Below, in pieces: positions 8,716 through 18,825 of a DNA stretch of 50,089 bases. The stretch comes from Promethearchaeota archaeon. Lineage in GTDB: Archaea > Asgardarchaeota > Lokiarchaeia > Sigyniarchaeales > SOKP01. The stretch's first letter is position 1. Every line of letters begins with the position of its first letter. A program made the translations under genes and the position numbers. Location: assembly GCA_020343655.1 (NCBI GenBank), contig CP070805.1, positions 1,047,503 through 1,097,591 on the forward strand, written 5' to 3'. The notes beneath the pieces were generated by a model, which was not told where the DNA came from, searched no databases, and worked only from the letters and a program-made list of their open reading frames with translations.

Positions 8716-10164
8716 TTATATCGTATAATTATAGAAATTATAATTTGGATGATAAAAAACAGTAAAATTGTATTCCGAAAAAGTTGGCAGTATTAGATCT
8801 AATTCATATTGGAGTTCTATATATACCTTTAGACTGTTAACTTCTGTTTTATTTGTTATCTTTATGTTAATTGAACCATTTCCATATCCCATGGCTTTCC
8901 AATAAGTTAGATCCCAATTTAAATAGATAATATTTTTACTTGTGTTTGAGAGTAATTGAAAGTTTATATCTAAATGTCTCATTTCATTCAAAAATATATA
9001 CTCCAAATTATACAATTCTACTGTAGTGACATTATGATCTTCTCTTGGAATTACATAATCTCCTGACGTTTCAACTTCATATGGGTCAACATCAGTTTGC
9101 CAATTACAGTCTCGTTTCCACTTAAAACAATTCACTATACGTACATGAGCCTCGCTATAACTAGTTAATGCTTTAATTGTTATAAAATCTAAATCTGTAT
9201 TATTAAAATTAATCGATTGATAATGATTCGATTCTATTTCTTCAAAAAGGGCATGTTCTCTTATAAAACGTGTTGTTCCATTAATAGAACTATATAGAAA
9301 TACATCATATTTTATAATTTCTATAGGAGACCAAAGTTTTATGAAGACTTTATCCTTGGAATTTAAAAAAATTTTAACTTCTTGAGATTTTTTGAAATGA
9401 TTTGCCCAATATAAGTAAATTCGACCCGATGACGAGAAAGCAAACAAATTTGCTTTTGAAAGAAACCAAATATTCCAAAAATCAAAATATTGATGTCCTG
9501 ACTCTGTTATACATGTAAAATCTTTAGAGAAACTAATATGATCCAGTTTTAAATTAATTTCTCCAGAATTTGTTGTTATTTTAAAATCATTATATATTGA
9601 ACTCATATTTATTATAACATCAACATTTCCAGAATTAGTTTCGATTTCAAATATACTAAAATTTATGTTATATATGGTGAATTTTATATCTGAATTCCCA
9701 CTATAACTTTTGATGCCGTAGATATAATTAGGGTTTAAGAATACGCCGATACTTGCATCCACTATAATATTATTTGATATTGGTTCATTTATACGGCTAT
9801 AAATAGAAACCTTCAAAATAGATTGATTTTTTTCATAATTAATGACAAAAAATTCTTCCGGATTATAAGTACTTTTATGAATTATAATCCATTCTACTTC
9901 CAAAATATTACTTGAATTTTTTGTTGATTGAATGAAATTAATATCCGCCACTTGAATTTGATTGTCGATTTCAATTTCTGATATATATTCCTCGTTACTA
10001 GAAATTTCACAATATCCTGAAAATTCTTTGGGAATTTCATAAATGGATAGAATTGCTATTGATCCCAATAGCGATGAACTAATAATGATAAGCGCTGAAA
10101 ATATTGTTTTAATAATTTTTTTTTCGATAATTTTCCTAAATTTAAATCTATTTTTACCCAACAT
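8716..10164 (-). CDS. Membrane-anchored extracellular protein with beta-strand (DUF4097/adhesin-like) repeats
   Basis: N-terminal TM helix; repeats SYSGNSDI, TNSGNVDV, TNSGEINL, TESGHQYF, SSSGRIYL; many N-x-S/T sequons. Confidence 0.7.
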   Translation of the reverse strand: MLGKNRFKFRKIIEKKIIKTIFSALIIISSSLLGSIAILSIYEIPKEFSGYCEISSNEEYISEIEIDNQIQVADINFIQSTKNSSNILEVEWIIIHKSTYNPEEFFVINYEKNQSILKVSIYSRINEPISNNIIVDASIGVFLNPNYIYGIKSYSGNSDIKFTIYNINFSIFEIETNSGNVDVIINMSSIYNDFKITTNSGEINLKLDHISFSKDFTCITESGHQYFDFWNIWFLSKANLFAFSSSGRIYLYWANHFKKSQEVKIFLNSKDKVFIKLWSPIEIIKYDVFLYSSINGTTRFIREHALFEEIESNHYQSINFNNTDLDFITIKALTSYSEAHVRIVNCFKWKRDCNWQTDVDPYEVETSGDYVIPREDHNVTTVELYNLEYIFLNEMRHLDINFQLLSNTSKNIIYLNWDLTYWKAMGYGNGSINIKITNKTEVNSLKVYIELQYELDLILPTFSEYNFTVFYHPNYNFYNYTI

Positions 10165-10565
10165 TTTTTATCGTAAAATATTTAGAATATTAATTCAACT
10201 TATAAATTTTCCTAGCTATTCAAAATCATGTTAAGATCTCAAATAAAATCTGCTAGAGTCTTAAAAAATTTATGATGTAACAAATTCTTCTTCTATTTTA
10301 TAATTAAAAGAAATTCTTTGATGTGGATACCATAAAGAAATTAGGGCTAATCTTAATAAAAAATCAAATCTAATTGTTTTAAGAGCATTTACTAAATTAG
10401 ATAATTAAATTTGAATAGGATAATTTTATTAATAAAAGATTAACTCTAGAATAATGTAGATACGCAATTTTTTTATGTTATCTAAAAAACACACTATTAT
10501 AAATAGAAAAACTCTACAAATTATACAAAAATTTGAGTTTTAAGTAAAAATTTGTTGTGAAATTT

Positions 10566-11855
10566 ATGCCAAAAACAGTAGAGTATTATGTTGGAGAGGC
10601 ATTAGTTGGGGAAGGGGATGATTTAGCACACATAGATTTAATAATTGGTTCTAAGAATGGACCTGTAGGTGTTTCATTTGCAAACGCACTCAGTACGCCT
10701 TCTAAGGGTCACGGCGGATTGCTCGCAGGCATCAGACCTAATCTTTTAGCAAAACCAGTTTCTCTTATAGTTCCTAAAGTGACTCTTGCTAAAATGGATG
10801 ATGCAAGCAAAATTTTTGGACCTGCTCAAGCTGCAGTCGCTAAAGGAATCGCAGATGCTGTTGAAGAGGGTATTATTCCAATGAATAAAATAGATGATTG
10901 GTTAATTATTGCGAGTGTATATATACATCCAAGCGCTAATGATTATCGAAAAATCTATCAATATAATTATGGTGCAACAAAATTAGCAATTCAGAGAGCA
11001 TTAAGAGGATATCCTCCTATAGAAAAGATTTTTTACGATAAAGACCGAGCTAAACACCCAGTTGCGGGAATAAGAGTTCCTAGACTGTGGCGACCTCCCT
11101 ATATACAGGTAGCATTAGACCATCCTGCCTTGGAAAAGCAAATGAAAGTTGTTAAAGAACTACCTAAAAGTGATCGGATCTTACTTGAAGTTGGCACGCC
11201 ATTTCTTAAGAAATATGGTGTTGAATCGATTAAAAAAATTCGAGAACTAGCAAAAGATAAATTTATTGTAGCCGATTTAAAAACCTTAGACGTTGGAAAA
11301 TTAGAGGTTGATTTTGCATTTGATGCTACTGCCGATGGGGTTGTAGCAAGTGGTTTAGCTTCTTCAGCTTCGCTTGACAAATTTATTCTAGAAGCACAGA
11401 GACTTGGCATTCATGCATTTGTTGATACAATGGAAGTTCAAGATCCGCTTGAAAAATTGAGTTCACTAAGACAAACACCCGATGTTGTGATCATTCATAG
11501 AGCTATTGACGTTGAGCAATCCACAACTGGAGATCGATCTCCTGACGCAGCTCAAAAAGCCCGATGGGGATTAGTACCAAAAATTAAAGAATTGTATGGG
11601 GGTCAAAAGAAAGCTTCAGGAAGGGATAGAGTTTTAGTCGCTGTTGCTGGTGGTATTGAACCTAGTACTGCCGCATATGCATTAGATCAAGGGGCAGATA
11701 TCCTCATCGTAGGCAGATTTATAGCCAGCGCGAAAGATGTTGAGTTTGCTATGAGAAGGATGTTAGGCGTTCTCCCTGGATATCAAGATATCAATCTTAA
11801 GAGAATTCACAGCGAAGACGATGACGAATCCGTAAAAAGAGCTACATGGGATTAA
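10566..11855 (+). CDS. fae-hps: Bifunctional formaldehyde-activating enzyme / 3-hexulose-6-phosphate synthase
   Basis: VGEALVGEG..AHIDLIIG and FGPAQAAVAK (Fae); QVALD, EVGTP, VADLKTLDVG, VAGGI, IVGR (Hps). ATG 10566 is in frame with the GTG at 10557. Confidence 0.93.
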   Translation: MPKTVEYYVGEALVGEGDDLAHIDLIIGSKNGPVGVSFANALSTPSKGHGGLLAGIRPNLLAKPVSLIVPKVTLAKMDDASKIFGPAQAAVAKGIADAVEEGIIPMNKIDDWLIIASVYIHPSANDYRKIYQYNYGATKLAIQRALRGYPPIEKIFYDKDRAKHPVAGIRVPRLWRPPYIQVALDHPALEKQMKVVKELPKSDRILLEVGTPFLKKYGVESIKKIRELAKDKFIVADLKTLDVGKLEVDFAFDATADGVVASGLASSASLDKFILEAQRLGIHAFVDTMEVQDPLEKLSSLRQTPDVVIIHRAIDVEQSTTGDRSPDAAQKARWGLVPKIKELYGGQKKASGRDRVLVAVAGGIEPSTAAYALDQGADILIVGRFIASAKDVEFAMRRMLGVLPGYQDINLKRIHSEDDDESVKRATWD

Positions 11856-11941
11856 AAAATTAGAAATAATTTTTTTTAGATCTCTCTTTGGTCAAAACTC
11901 TTGTACTTAATGTTTATAATCGAATTTTATAGATTATACTA

Positions 11942-13186
11942 TTATTTTAATTTGAAAATTTTATCATTTTTCTTAACAGGTTTATCAACAACAATCCCAA
12001 CTGTTAATCGCTCTTTTTTTGACGAAACTATGGGAGTTTCAGTAAGATTTTTTTTTTGCTTAATTTGAATCGATTTAACTTCTTGCCTTAAAAATGTATC
12101 AGTATGCGTCCCAATAATAAATATCTCATCTTTTAGTTTTAATTTACCTGATGTTAAAAGGATCTTAGCTGCCATTTTTTCAGGAAAGTAGTTCAAAACC
12201 TTGCCAATCTCAACCTTCTTATATTTCGAGATGTTTCCATCAAAATCTCTTTGTATTTCTGTACCTCTCGGTATCCCAAAATAAAATCCTGTAGAGAAAC
12301 CTCGATTGTATATTTTATGTAAACGTTTAAGCCAATCTTTAACTTTTTCTTGCGTAAAAGTGTTCCCATAATATGCATCAATCGCTTCTCTATAACAAGA
12401 TGCTGTTTCTTCAATGTAAATTGGATCTCTCATCCGGCCTTCAATCTTAAAAGCATCAATTTTTGCTTCAATTAATTTAGGAATATATTCGATCATGCAC
12501 AGATCTTTAGCATTAATGAAAAAAACTCCATCATATAACAATTCATTATTCTGATCATCATAAACTCTCCATTTTCTTCTACAAGGCTGTATGCATTTTC
12601 CCCTGTTTGCTGAGTAATCCTGAGATTGACAAATTTCAGCAGAAAAGTAGCACCGCCCTGATATCGAGGTACATTGAGCACCATGAACGAATGTTTCAAT
12701 TTCAGTTTTAGTTAATTTACTTTTAATTTCTTTGATTTGTTCTAGTGATAGCTCTCTTGCTAGAATTAATCTTTGAGCTCCTATTGATTCATAAAATTTT
12801 GCTGTTTGAGAATTAGAAATATTAGCTTGAGTAGAGATGTGGAAGTTTAAGCCTTTTTCTTTTGCTAAATTAATAGCTCCAATATCATGAATAATTACAG
12901 CATCAATTTCTGCCTCTGCAGCTTTTTCTAATATATGATCTAAAAAAGTGAACTCATTTTCATATATTACTACATTTGTAGTGAGATAAGCATGAGTATT
13001 ATTACTGTGGCAAGTTTTTACGATATTATTTAGCTCTTCTAGTTTAAAATTATCACTATACATTCGCATGTTAAAAGATTCAACACCAAAATATACGGCA
13101 TCAGTTTTACTTAATACAGCATTTAAAGATTTGTAGTTTTTTAAAGGAGCCATCAATTCGACTCTTTTTTCAGTAATATTCTTCAT
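11942..13186 (-). CDS. U32 peptidase-family protein (TrhP/RlhA-like Fe-S-dependent hydroxylation family)
   Basis: ELMAP, DAVYFG, HISTQAN, LARELSL, HGAQC.SISGRC, NRGKCIQPCR, KIEGRMR. Confidence 0.92.
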   Translation of the reverse strand: MKNITEKRVELMAPLKNYKSLNAVLSKTDAVYFGVESFNMRMYSDNFKLEELNNIVKTCHSNNTHAYLTTNVVIYENEFTFLDHILEKAAEAEIDAVIIHDIGAINLAKEKGLNFHISTQANISNSQTAKFYESIGAQRLILARELSLEQIKEIKSKLTKTEIETFVHGAQCTSISGRCYFSAEICQSQDYSANRGKCIQPCRRKWRVYDDQNNELLYDGVFFINAKDLCMIEYIPKLIEAKIDAFKIEGRMRDPIYIEETASCYREAIDAYYGNTFTQEKVKDWLKRLHKIYNRGFSTGFYFGIPRGTEIQRDFDGNISKYKKVEIGKVLNYFPEKMAAKILLTSGKLKLKDEIFIIGTHTDTFLRQEVKSIQIKQKKNLTETPIVSSKKERLTVGIVVDKPVKKNDKIFKLK

Positions 13187-13278
13187 CGAATTTTTCTCAA
13201 GTAGGCATTTAATTCAAGTTTTATCTAAATTAAAATAGTCTAACATTGGCTAAATAATTATTATTTTCTTCAAGTTGA

Positions 13279-13431
13279 TTAATCAATTTTTTCTAATGGA
13301 TCATTTTTACTTGCCACAATTTCCTTTATTACATCAAGGGAGCGAATGTTGGTATAAAGATAAAAAAGATTTATTGTGATAATGCTTAAAATAGCGCTAA
13401 AGAGAAATAAATTTGCCGTTTTTGTGTATTT
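13279..13431 (-). pseudogene. Possible remnant of the C-terminal TM helix of a membrane transporter
   Basis: Start-less frame KYTKTANLFLFSAILSIITINLFYLYTNIRSLDVIKEIVASKNDPLEKID*, bounded upstream by an in-frame stop. Confidence 0.3.
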
Positions 13432-13569
13432 TTAGGAATTAAAAATGCCCATAAAAAGAGATCTATTCATTAGGTTAAGAAAGAAAAAAGTTTAATAAAA
13501 ATATATTATTTGCTTATTTTAAGAATGTCTTTACCACTTTTGGCATTTGGTTAATTTATTCTGCCAGAA

Positions 13570-15825
13570 TTATCTTATGGGACGGCTATTAGCTTGGAAT
13601 ATTGGTCCAATGAATTGACTGTATAAACGACTATAACCTTCTTGATTGGATACAACCGCGATCATTTCTGCTTCTCTTTCTGTAGCTGGTGCTAGAATTA
13701 CCTCTTCGGCATCCCGTGTGACAGCGAAAAATTCACCTGCAGTTTGTAATTGGCGGAATTGGATGTTTCCGAGCTGTTTCATTTTATTTATTATCCCGCT
13801 GTACTGCTGTAAGTCCCAATGGCTAGTTAACATAAACCGTACTGCTTTTTTCTGAAAAGCATATTCAGATACGACCTGTAAGATATCAGGAACTACATAT
13901 GGAGTAACAATAATAATTGAAGATTTTACACGATAAATCGCATCTTTTATAGCAGCAATCATCGCATCCTTTCCAACAACGGGCCAAGTTGTAACCTTAG
14001 CTATTTCCGGGATTGCACTGGAGGCAGTATGAATATCGGTTAACTTATCTTCATTATTCTCTGCTAATTCTGTAGCATCATCAATAGAATTCATAAATTG
14101 TAGAGTAAAATCTGCAATAGCATCTTTAACATTTTGAATAGTATCTCTTGTGGTATTTGATAAACTATTTTGGAGTGTTTTTGCGTTTTGTTCATATTTG
14201 GATTTATGATCTGCGAGCATATCGGTTAAATTAGTATTCATATCTTTAGCTTCAGCATTCCATAATCTAATTTCACTATCAATTTTATCTGAACAATCTC
14301 TTTTACCCTCTTCGAAATTAGTGTTAACATCTCTGGTCCAATCAGCACTTATTCTTTTAACTTCAATATCAAAATCAGTATACTGTTTTAATGAAATTTC
14401 TTTATGATTATTTATTGCATCATCATATTGTCTATGGTGTTGTTTAAGTGAACTTTCTAGAGAGTCTTTTAACTTTATTCTCGTATCAGAACAATCTTTT
14501 ACACCACTTTGTAAAGTATCATCAACCTCTCCAGCCAAATCAGTTGCTAGGTTTTCTAGTTGTGCATCTATAGTTTCTTGCGCCCTATAATCTAGATCAT
14601 TGGTTTCTGTTGCCAAACCATCGTTTTCCTTTACCATAATATCAGTTACATCTGTTTTAATCTGCTCAGTAGTGCCTCGTGTGTTTGTTATATAATCATC
14701 ACATGTTTTAATAAAATCCGGTTTCATTGGTTCTGAATATTTCAAAACGTTTTCTATAGTTGTTTTATGTCTAGCTTTATATTTTTTCTTTTTTCCCATC
14801 CAGAAAAATCCTTTTTTTGCCATATCTTCAGTAAAATCAGTAAACCTATTAGCATGTTCGAGTAAATTATCGATCAAGGTTAATGTCATATTTTTAAAAT
14901 CATTAGTTTGATCTGTTAATATTCTATGTCTCTCATCTACAGTTGCCTTTAAGTTTGTTTGGAGAGTGTCTGTAATATTCTTCACATGATTCGTGTGTTC
15001 TTTTAGCAAATTCGAAATTTTTGCTTTTAAATCAGTAACTACCTTATCCATACGTTCTAAGTATTTCTCTAGAATTTGCTCCATTTTAGGTTTAAGCTGG
15101 TTTGCAATATTTTTATGTCTTTCAACATGTTCATCCAAGTCCATCTTCAATTCTTTGTCTAAATTTGCTACTCTGGTTGAAAAATCATCCAACAGCTTTG
15201 AAATTAAAGTAGTAAGATTATCTTTTGTTTTATTAATTTCAGCTTCATTTTTGCTTACACTTGTTTCTGAAATATCTTTTAAATTTGAATTTAGCTTATC
15301 TATTATTGTATGAAGTTTCCTTTCTAATGTCTTGTTTGTCTCAATAAAACGATTAGTAGCACTATCTATACGGTTCTTTTTCTTATTATTTTTGGAATCA
15401 GAATCTTCGAAAAAGGCTTTGATTTGGGAATCAACTGCTTTTTCTACTTCGCCAATACTTTTATCTTGAATTGCTTCAAGTTTCTCAAAGCGATCTGATT
15501 GGTCAGCTAAAATAGTGTCCTTAATTTTGCCAATTTCATTTCTAAAATTCTCTGATTCACTTGTAAATAATTCAAAATATGGTTGAAGTGGAATATATCT
15601 ATCAACTATCCCTTCAATCCTCTTAAGAAAACCTTTCTCAACTAACCAATTGGTAACTTCTAATACAGTTTCATATTGTAGTCCTTCATGTTCTTCCACT
15701 AAAGTCATGTATACTTCAGAAGGAGTTGCGCGAGGAACTCTTAAATAGACTAAATAAATATTGATATGGTCTTCTGTAAATCCATATCGAGTAAATACTT
15801 CCTTAGTGAAATCTTTTAACGACAT
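13570..15825 (-). CDS. TrmB-family wHTH protein with ~520-aa helical/coiled-coil insert and C-terminal TrmB effector (PLD-like) domain
   Basis: N-terminal YGFTEDHINIYL...TPSEV...LVEKGFL..RYIPLQP; C-terminal TWPVVGKDAMIAAIKDAIYRVKSSIIIVTP; long amphipathic helical region between; GAGGAG SD. Confidence 0.8.
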   Translation of the reverse strand: MSLKDFTKEVFTRYGFTEDHINIYLVYLRVPRATPSEVYMTLVEEHEGLQYETVLEVTNWLVEKGFLKRIEGIVDRYIPLQPYFELFTSESENFRNEIGKIKDTILADQSDRFEKLEAIQDKSIGEVEKAVDSQIKAFFEDSDSKNNKKKNRIDSATNRFIETNKTLERKLHTIIDKLNSNLKDISETSVSKNEAEINKTKDNLTTLISKLLDDFSTRVANLDKELKMDLDEHVERHKNIANQLKPKMEQILEKYLERMDKVVTDLKAKISNLLKEHTNHVKNITDTLQTNLKATVDERHRILTDQTNDFKNMTLTLIDNLLEHANRFTDFTEDMAKKGFFWMGKKKKYKARHKTTIENVLKYSEPMKPDFIKTCDDYITNTRGTTEQIKTDVTDIMVKENDGLATETNDLDYRAQETIDAQLENLATDLAGEVDDTLQSGVKDCSDTRIKLKDSLESSLKQHHRQYDDAINNHKEISLKQYTDFDIEVKRISADWTRDVNTNFEEGKRDCSDKIDSEIRLWNAEAKDMNTNLTDMLADHKSKYEQNAKTLQNSLSNTTRDTIQNVKDAIADFTLQFMNSIDDATELAENNEDKLTDIHTASSAIPEIAKVTTWPVVGKDAMIAAIKDAIYRVKSSIIIVTPYVVPDILQVVSEYAFQKKAVRFMLTSHWDLQQYSGIINKMKQLGNIQFRQLQTAGEFFAVTRDAEEVILAPATEREAEMIAVVSNQEGYSRLYSQFIGPIFQANSRPIR

Positions 15826-16147
15826 AAATTTATCTCCTCAAATAACATAAAATTCGATATTCAATCTTAAATTAATTTTAAGATGAATTTCATATAAATA
15901 TTTTAATTTGAAAATGTTTAATAATATTTTCAAAATTATAATATTAAAACTTAAGCTTCAAGGGAATTTATTAAACTCAATTCATTTGAAACCTTAGATA
16001 AGTTCCTAATTTAACTATACTAAAATGTCTGTAAAATTCATTAAATTCAATCAAGTAGATCTAAATTAATTGGGGAAAATTATTCCTCAATCCTTTTTAT
16101 AACATTCACGTTAATTTAATTAGACCGATTTAGGTGTTAAAAGTAGA

Positions 16148-16825
16148 ATGAAAAAAGTTAGTAAAATAATACTTGGAATATTTACTTTCTCAATTTTATT
16201 TTCAATATTCAACGTTAATTCAGTATTGGGCGCAGGAGAAACGAATATTAATGTTAATGGAGATACTATTCAAACACAAATACAAGCTAATAACAGAATT
16301 ATGTTTACTTTTAGGCAAAGAACTCGACTTACATGGAATTCTAACGTTGATATCGATGTAAATATTGAATGCGATTCATTGCAAATTGGTGTAAAATATG
16401 TTGAAATAGAGATTTTAGCAGAGAGAAATTTAACAATGAACATGATATGTACAGAAGAGCAAATTCAACTTGGTTTAATTAAAGGGTATACTTATAGGAT
16501 AAGAGAACGAGAACGTTTCCAATATCAAGAAGGTTTCTGTGCTTACATACAATGTAATGATTCTTGTCAAGCAAAACTTAAAATACAAGCAACTAATCAA
16601 AATCGCAACGGAAATTGGGCTTATTATGATGAAACTGCTGAAGAGTGGGTCGCTGTGCCTACGACTATAGAAAATGGGTATTTAGTTGCCGAAACTGACC
16701 ACTTTTCTTATTGGACAATACTTATACCAGAAGCGGATAATACCTTGTTGATTGCCATTAGTATCGGAGTAATAATAGGAGTTATTGCGATAGTTACTAT
16801 CCTATATTTCAAGAAAAGAAAGTAA
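16148..16825 (+). CDS. Secreted, C-terminally anchored membrane protein with juxtamembrane HFS motif
   Basis: Signal peptide MKKVSKIILGIFTFSILF; WAYYDE...W; ETDHFSYWTILIP; TM helix followed by KKRK. Confidence 0.8.
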   Translation: MKKVSKIILGIFTFSILFSIFNVNSVLGAGETNINVNGDTIQTQIQANNRIMFTFRQRTRLTWNSNVDIDVNIECDSLQIGVKYVEIEILAERNLTMNMICTEEQIQLGLIKGYTYRIRERERFQYQEGFCAYIQCNDSCQAKLKIQATNQNRNGNWAYYDETAEEWVAVPTTIENGYLVAETDHFSYWTILIPEADNTLLIAISIGVIIGVIAIVTILYFKKRK

Positions 16826-16889
16826 ATGTATTCATAAATTTTTTTTTTAAATTTTTATTTATTAATTAAAGAACTCGGAATGAATTTAG

Positions 16890-18155
16890 TTGGTTATTAT
16901 CGATTTATTTAAAAGGAAAAACTGGAAGCTTGCTAAAATCCTACTTCTATTTATGGCTTTTCTTGTTTTTAATCTTTTATTAGTAAATATTAATGCTCGA
17001 AAAGAAAATATCCCTGGTTTTTCAACTCAAGATACAGTTTACCCAAACGAAACGGTTTCTTATAATTTTTGGAATAACATCACTTTTGAAATTTCTACAG
17101 ATACCTTAATCAATCTTTCTATTGATTATGAAAGTAATATAGCAAATCGCCAGACTTTTTTTATAATTAATAATAGTGATCCAATTTCATTGAATATATC
17201 AACTAAAACAAGCTTACAGAATTTTGGTGTAACAAAATCACCACAACAACCACAAAAAGGCAATTCTAAGTACCAATTTAGATACAACTGTATTTTTAAA
17301 ATAAGATCGAATACATCAATTGAAAATCTGACTATTAGGTATAGAAAAATTCAATATTACGGTATAAATCCAGATATTTCATATTCTTTAGCTATTTTTG
17401 AAACAAGTCAAGAATCTTGGGAAATCATTGAAACAGTAGAGAAAGTAAATGAAACTACCTCTGAAAAATATTTAGATAGTTCAATCATAAATATCCAGCC
17501 AAATACTGAATATTACATTACTATTTTTGAAGAGGGACCAATTCCGTATGATTGGACGTGGTTAATAATTACAGGCACAATAATAGCAATTGCAATCATA
17601 GCTTTAGTAGTATTAATTTCAAAAAAAGATTATTTCCAATATCTAAAAACAAGAACGATACCAATTGAGAAAGGAGCTCACCGTTTATCTTTAGATGAGG
17701 TTTTGGAAAATGAAAACCGAAATAAAATAATTGATTTAATCCTTAATGAGCCTGGAATTCATTTTAATGAATTGTTACGCAGAACTGGGTTAGCCGCAGG
17801 AAATCTTGTTTGGCATCTAGACATTTTACTTACATATAAAGTTATTGGGAAAAAAAGAATAGGAAACTTTATTTCTTATTTCCCCTATTACCAAAAAAAT
17901 CCAATCTCTAATGTGGATTTAAAATTGCAAAAGAGTAAATTAACTCTAGAGATTTTAGAGATGATTGAAAAAAAACCTGGGATATGGAATAATCTAATTA
18001 CAAAAAATTTCAAGGTAGATCATAAGACAATTCAATATCACATTAAAAAGTTAATAGATCTTAACTTAATAAACATAAAGAAAGAAGGTAGGAAAAATAA
18101 GTTATATCCTAATCTTGAATCTGATTATTTTAATGATAAAAATAATTATAACTAA
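16890..18155 (+). CDS. Transmembrane one-component transcriptional regulator (ectodomain, TM, two winged HTH)
   Basis: Signal/TM at the N-terminus, N-glycosylation-rich ectodomain, TM helix, then NENRNKIIDLILNEPGIHFNELLR...LVWHLDIL and a second wHTH (KPGIWNNLI...IQYHIKKL). Confidence 0.85.
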   Translation: MVIIDLFKRKNWKLAKILLLFMAFLVFNLLLVNINARKENIPGFSTQDTVYPNETVSYNFWNNITFEISTDTLINLSIDYESNIANRQTFFIINNSDPISLNISTKTSLQNFGVTKSPQQPQKGNSKYQFRYNCIFKIRSNTSIENLTIRYRKIQYYGINPDISYSLAIFETSQESWEIIETVEKVNETTSEKYLDSSIINIQPNTEYYITIFEEGPIPYDWTWLIITGTIIAIAIIALVVLISKKDYFQYLKTRTIPIEKGAHRLSLDEVLENENRNKIIDLILNEPGIHFNELLRRTGLAAGNLVWHLDILLTYKVIGKKRIGNFISYFPYYQKNPISNVDLKLQKSKLTLEILEMIEKKPGIWNNLITKNFKVDHKTIQYHIKKLIDLNLINIKKEGRKNKLYPNLESDYFNDKNNYN

Positions 18156-18296
18156 GTTTAAAGTATATTCCATTTCCTGTTTTTTTCTTATATATCAAAT
18201 AAGGTTAGAGAATAAAAATCTATTTTTGTTTTAATATATTAATTTTTCATAAACATAGGTTTAGATAAAAATAGATGTAAATTGAGGTATATATAA

Positions 18297-18800
18297 TTGA
18301 TCGATCCAGCAGAATTTTTAAAATTTCTTAAAGAAAGACGTAGTATAAGATCATTTCAAGATAAATCAATTCCAGATAAAGAAATTGAAATGATCTTAGA
18401 AGCAGGAAGGTGGACGCCTAGCGCCTCACACCTACAACCATGGGAGTTTATAGTTATAAAAAACAAAGAAATTTTAAAAAAAATATCAAAAAATGCGTAT
18501 TATGGTGAGTTTATTAAAGAAGCTCCTGTTGCGATTGCTATAGTTGGTAAAATTAGAACGAGTCCTAAGTGGTATATAATTGATACATCATTAGTTTCGA
18601 TGAACATGACGTTGATGGCTTGGTCTTTAGGAATCGGGACCTGCTGGATTGGAGCATTGAATAGAGGGAAAGTAAAAACTTTATTAGGTTTGGGTGGAAA
18701 TGATTATCTTCTAACTATTTTACCTTTTGGATATATTAAAGGAGCTATTCCAGAACCTAAGCCCCGGAAATCTCTAAATAAAATAATAAGAAAAATGTAA
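18297..18800 (+). CDS. Nitroreductase family protein
   Basis: RRSIRSF, PSASHLQPWEF, GIGTCWIG motifs. Confidence 0.93.
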   Translation: MIDPAEFLKFLKERRSIRSFQDKSIPDKEIEMILEAGRWTPSASHLQPWEFIVIKNKEILKKISKNAYYGEFIKEAPVAIAIVGKIRTSPKWYIIDTSLVSMNMTLMAWSLGIGTCWIGALNRGKVKTLLGLGGNDYLLTILPFGYIKGAIPEPKPRKSLNKIIRKM

Positions 18801-18825
18801 ATTTTAACAAATTTATTCTTATACT

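Noticed and set aside
13570-15825. SMC/Rad50 or chemoreceptor assignment for the long helical protein
   Set aside because: No Walker A/B, signature motif, zinc hook or MCP hairpin consensus; the termini are TrmB-like.
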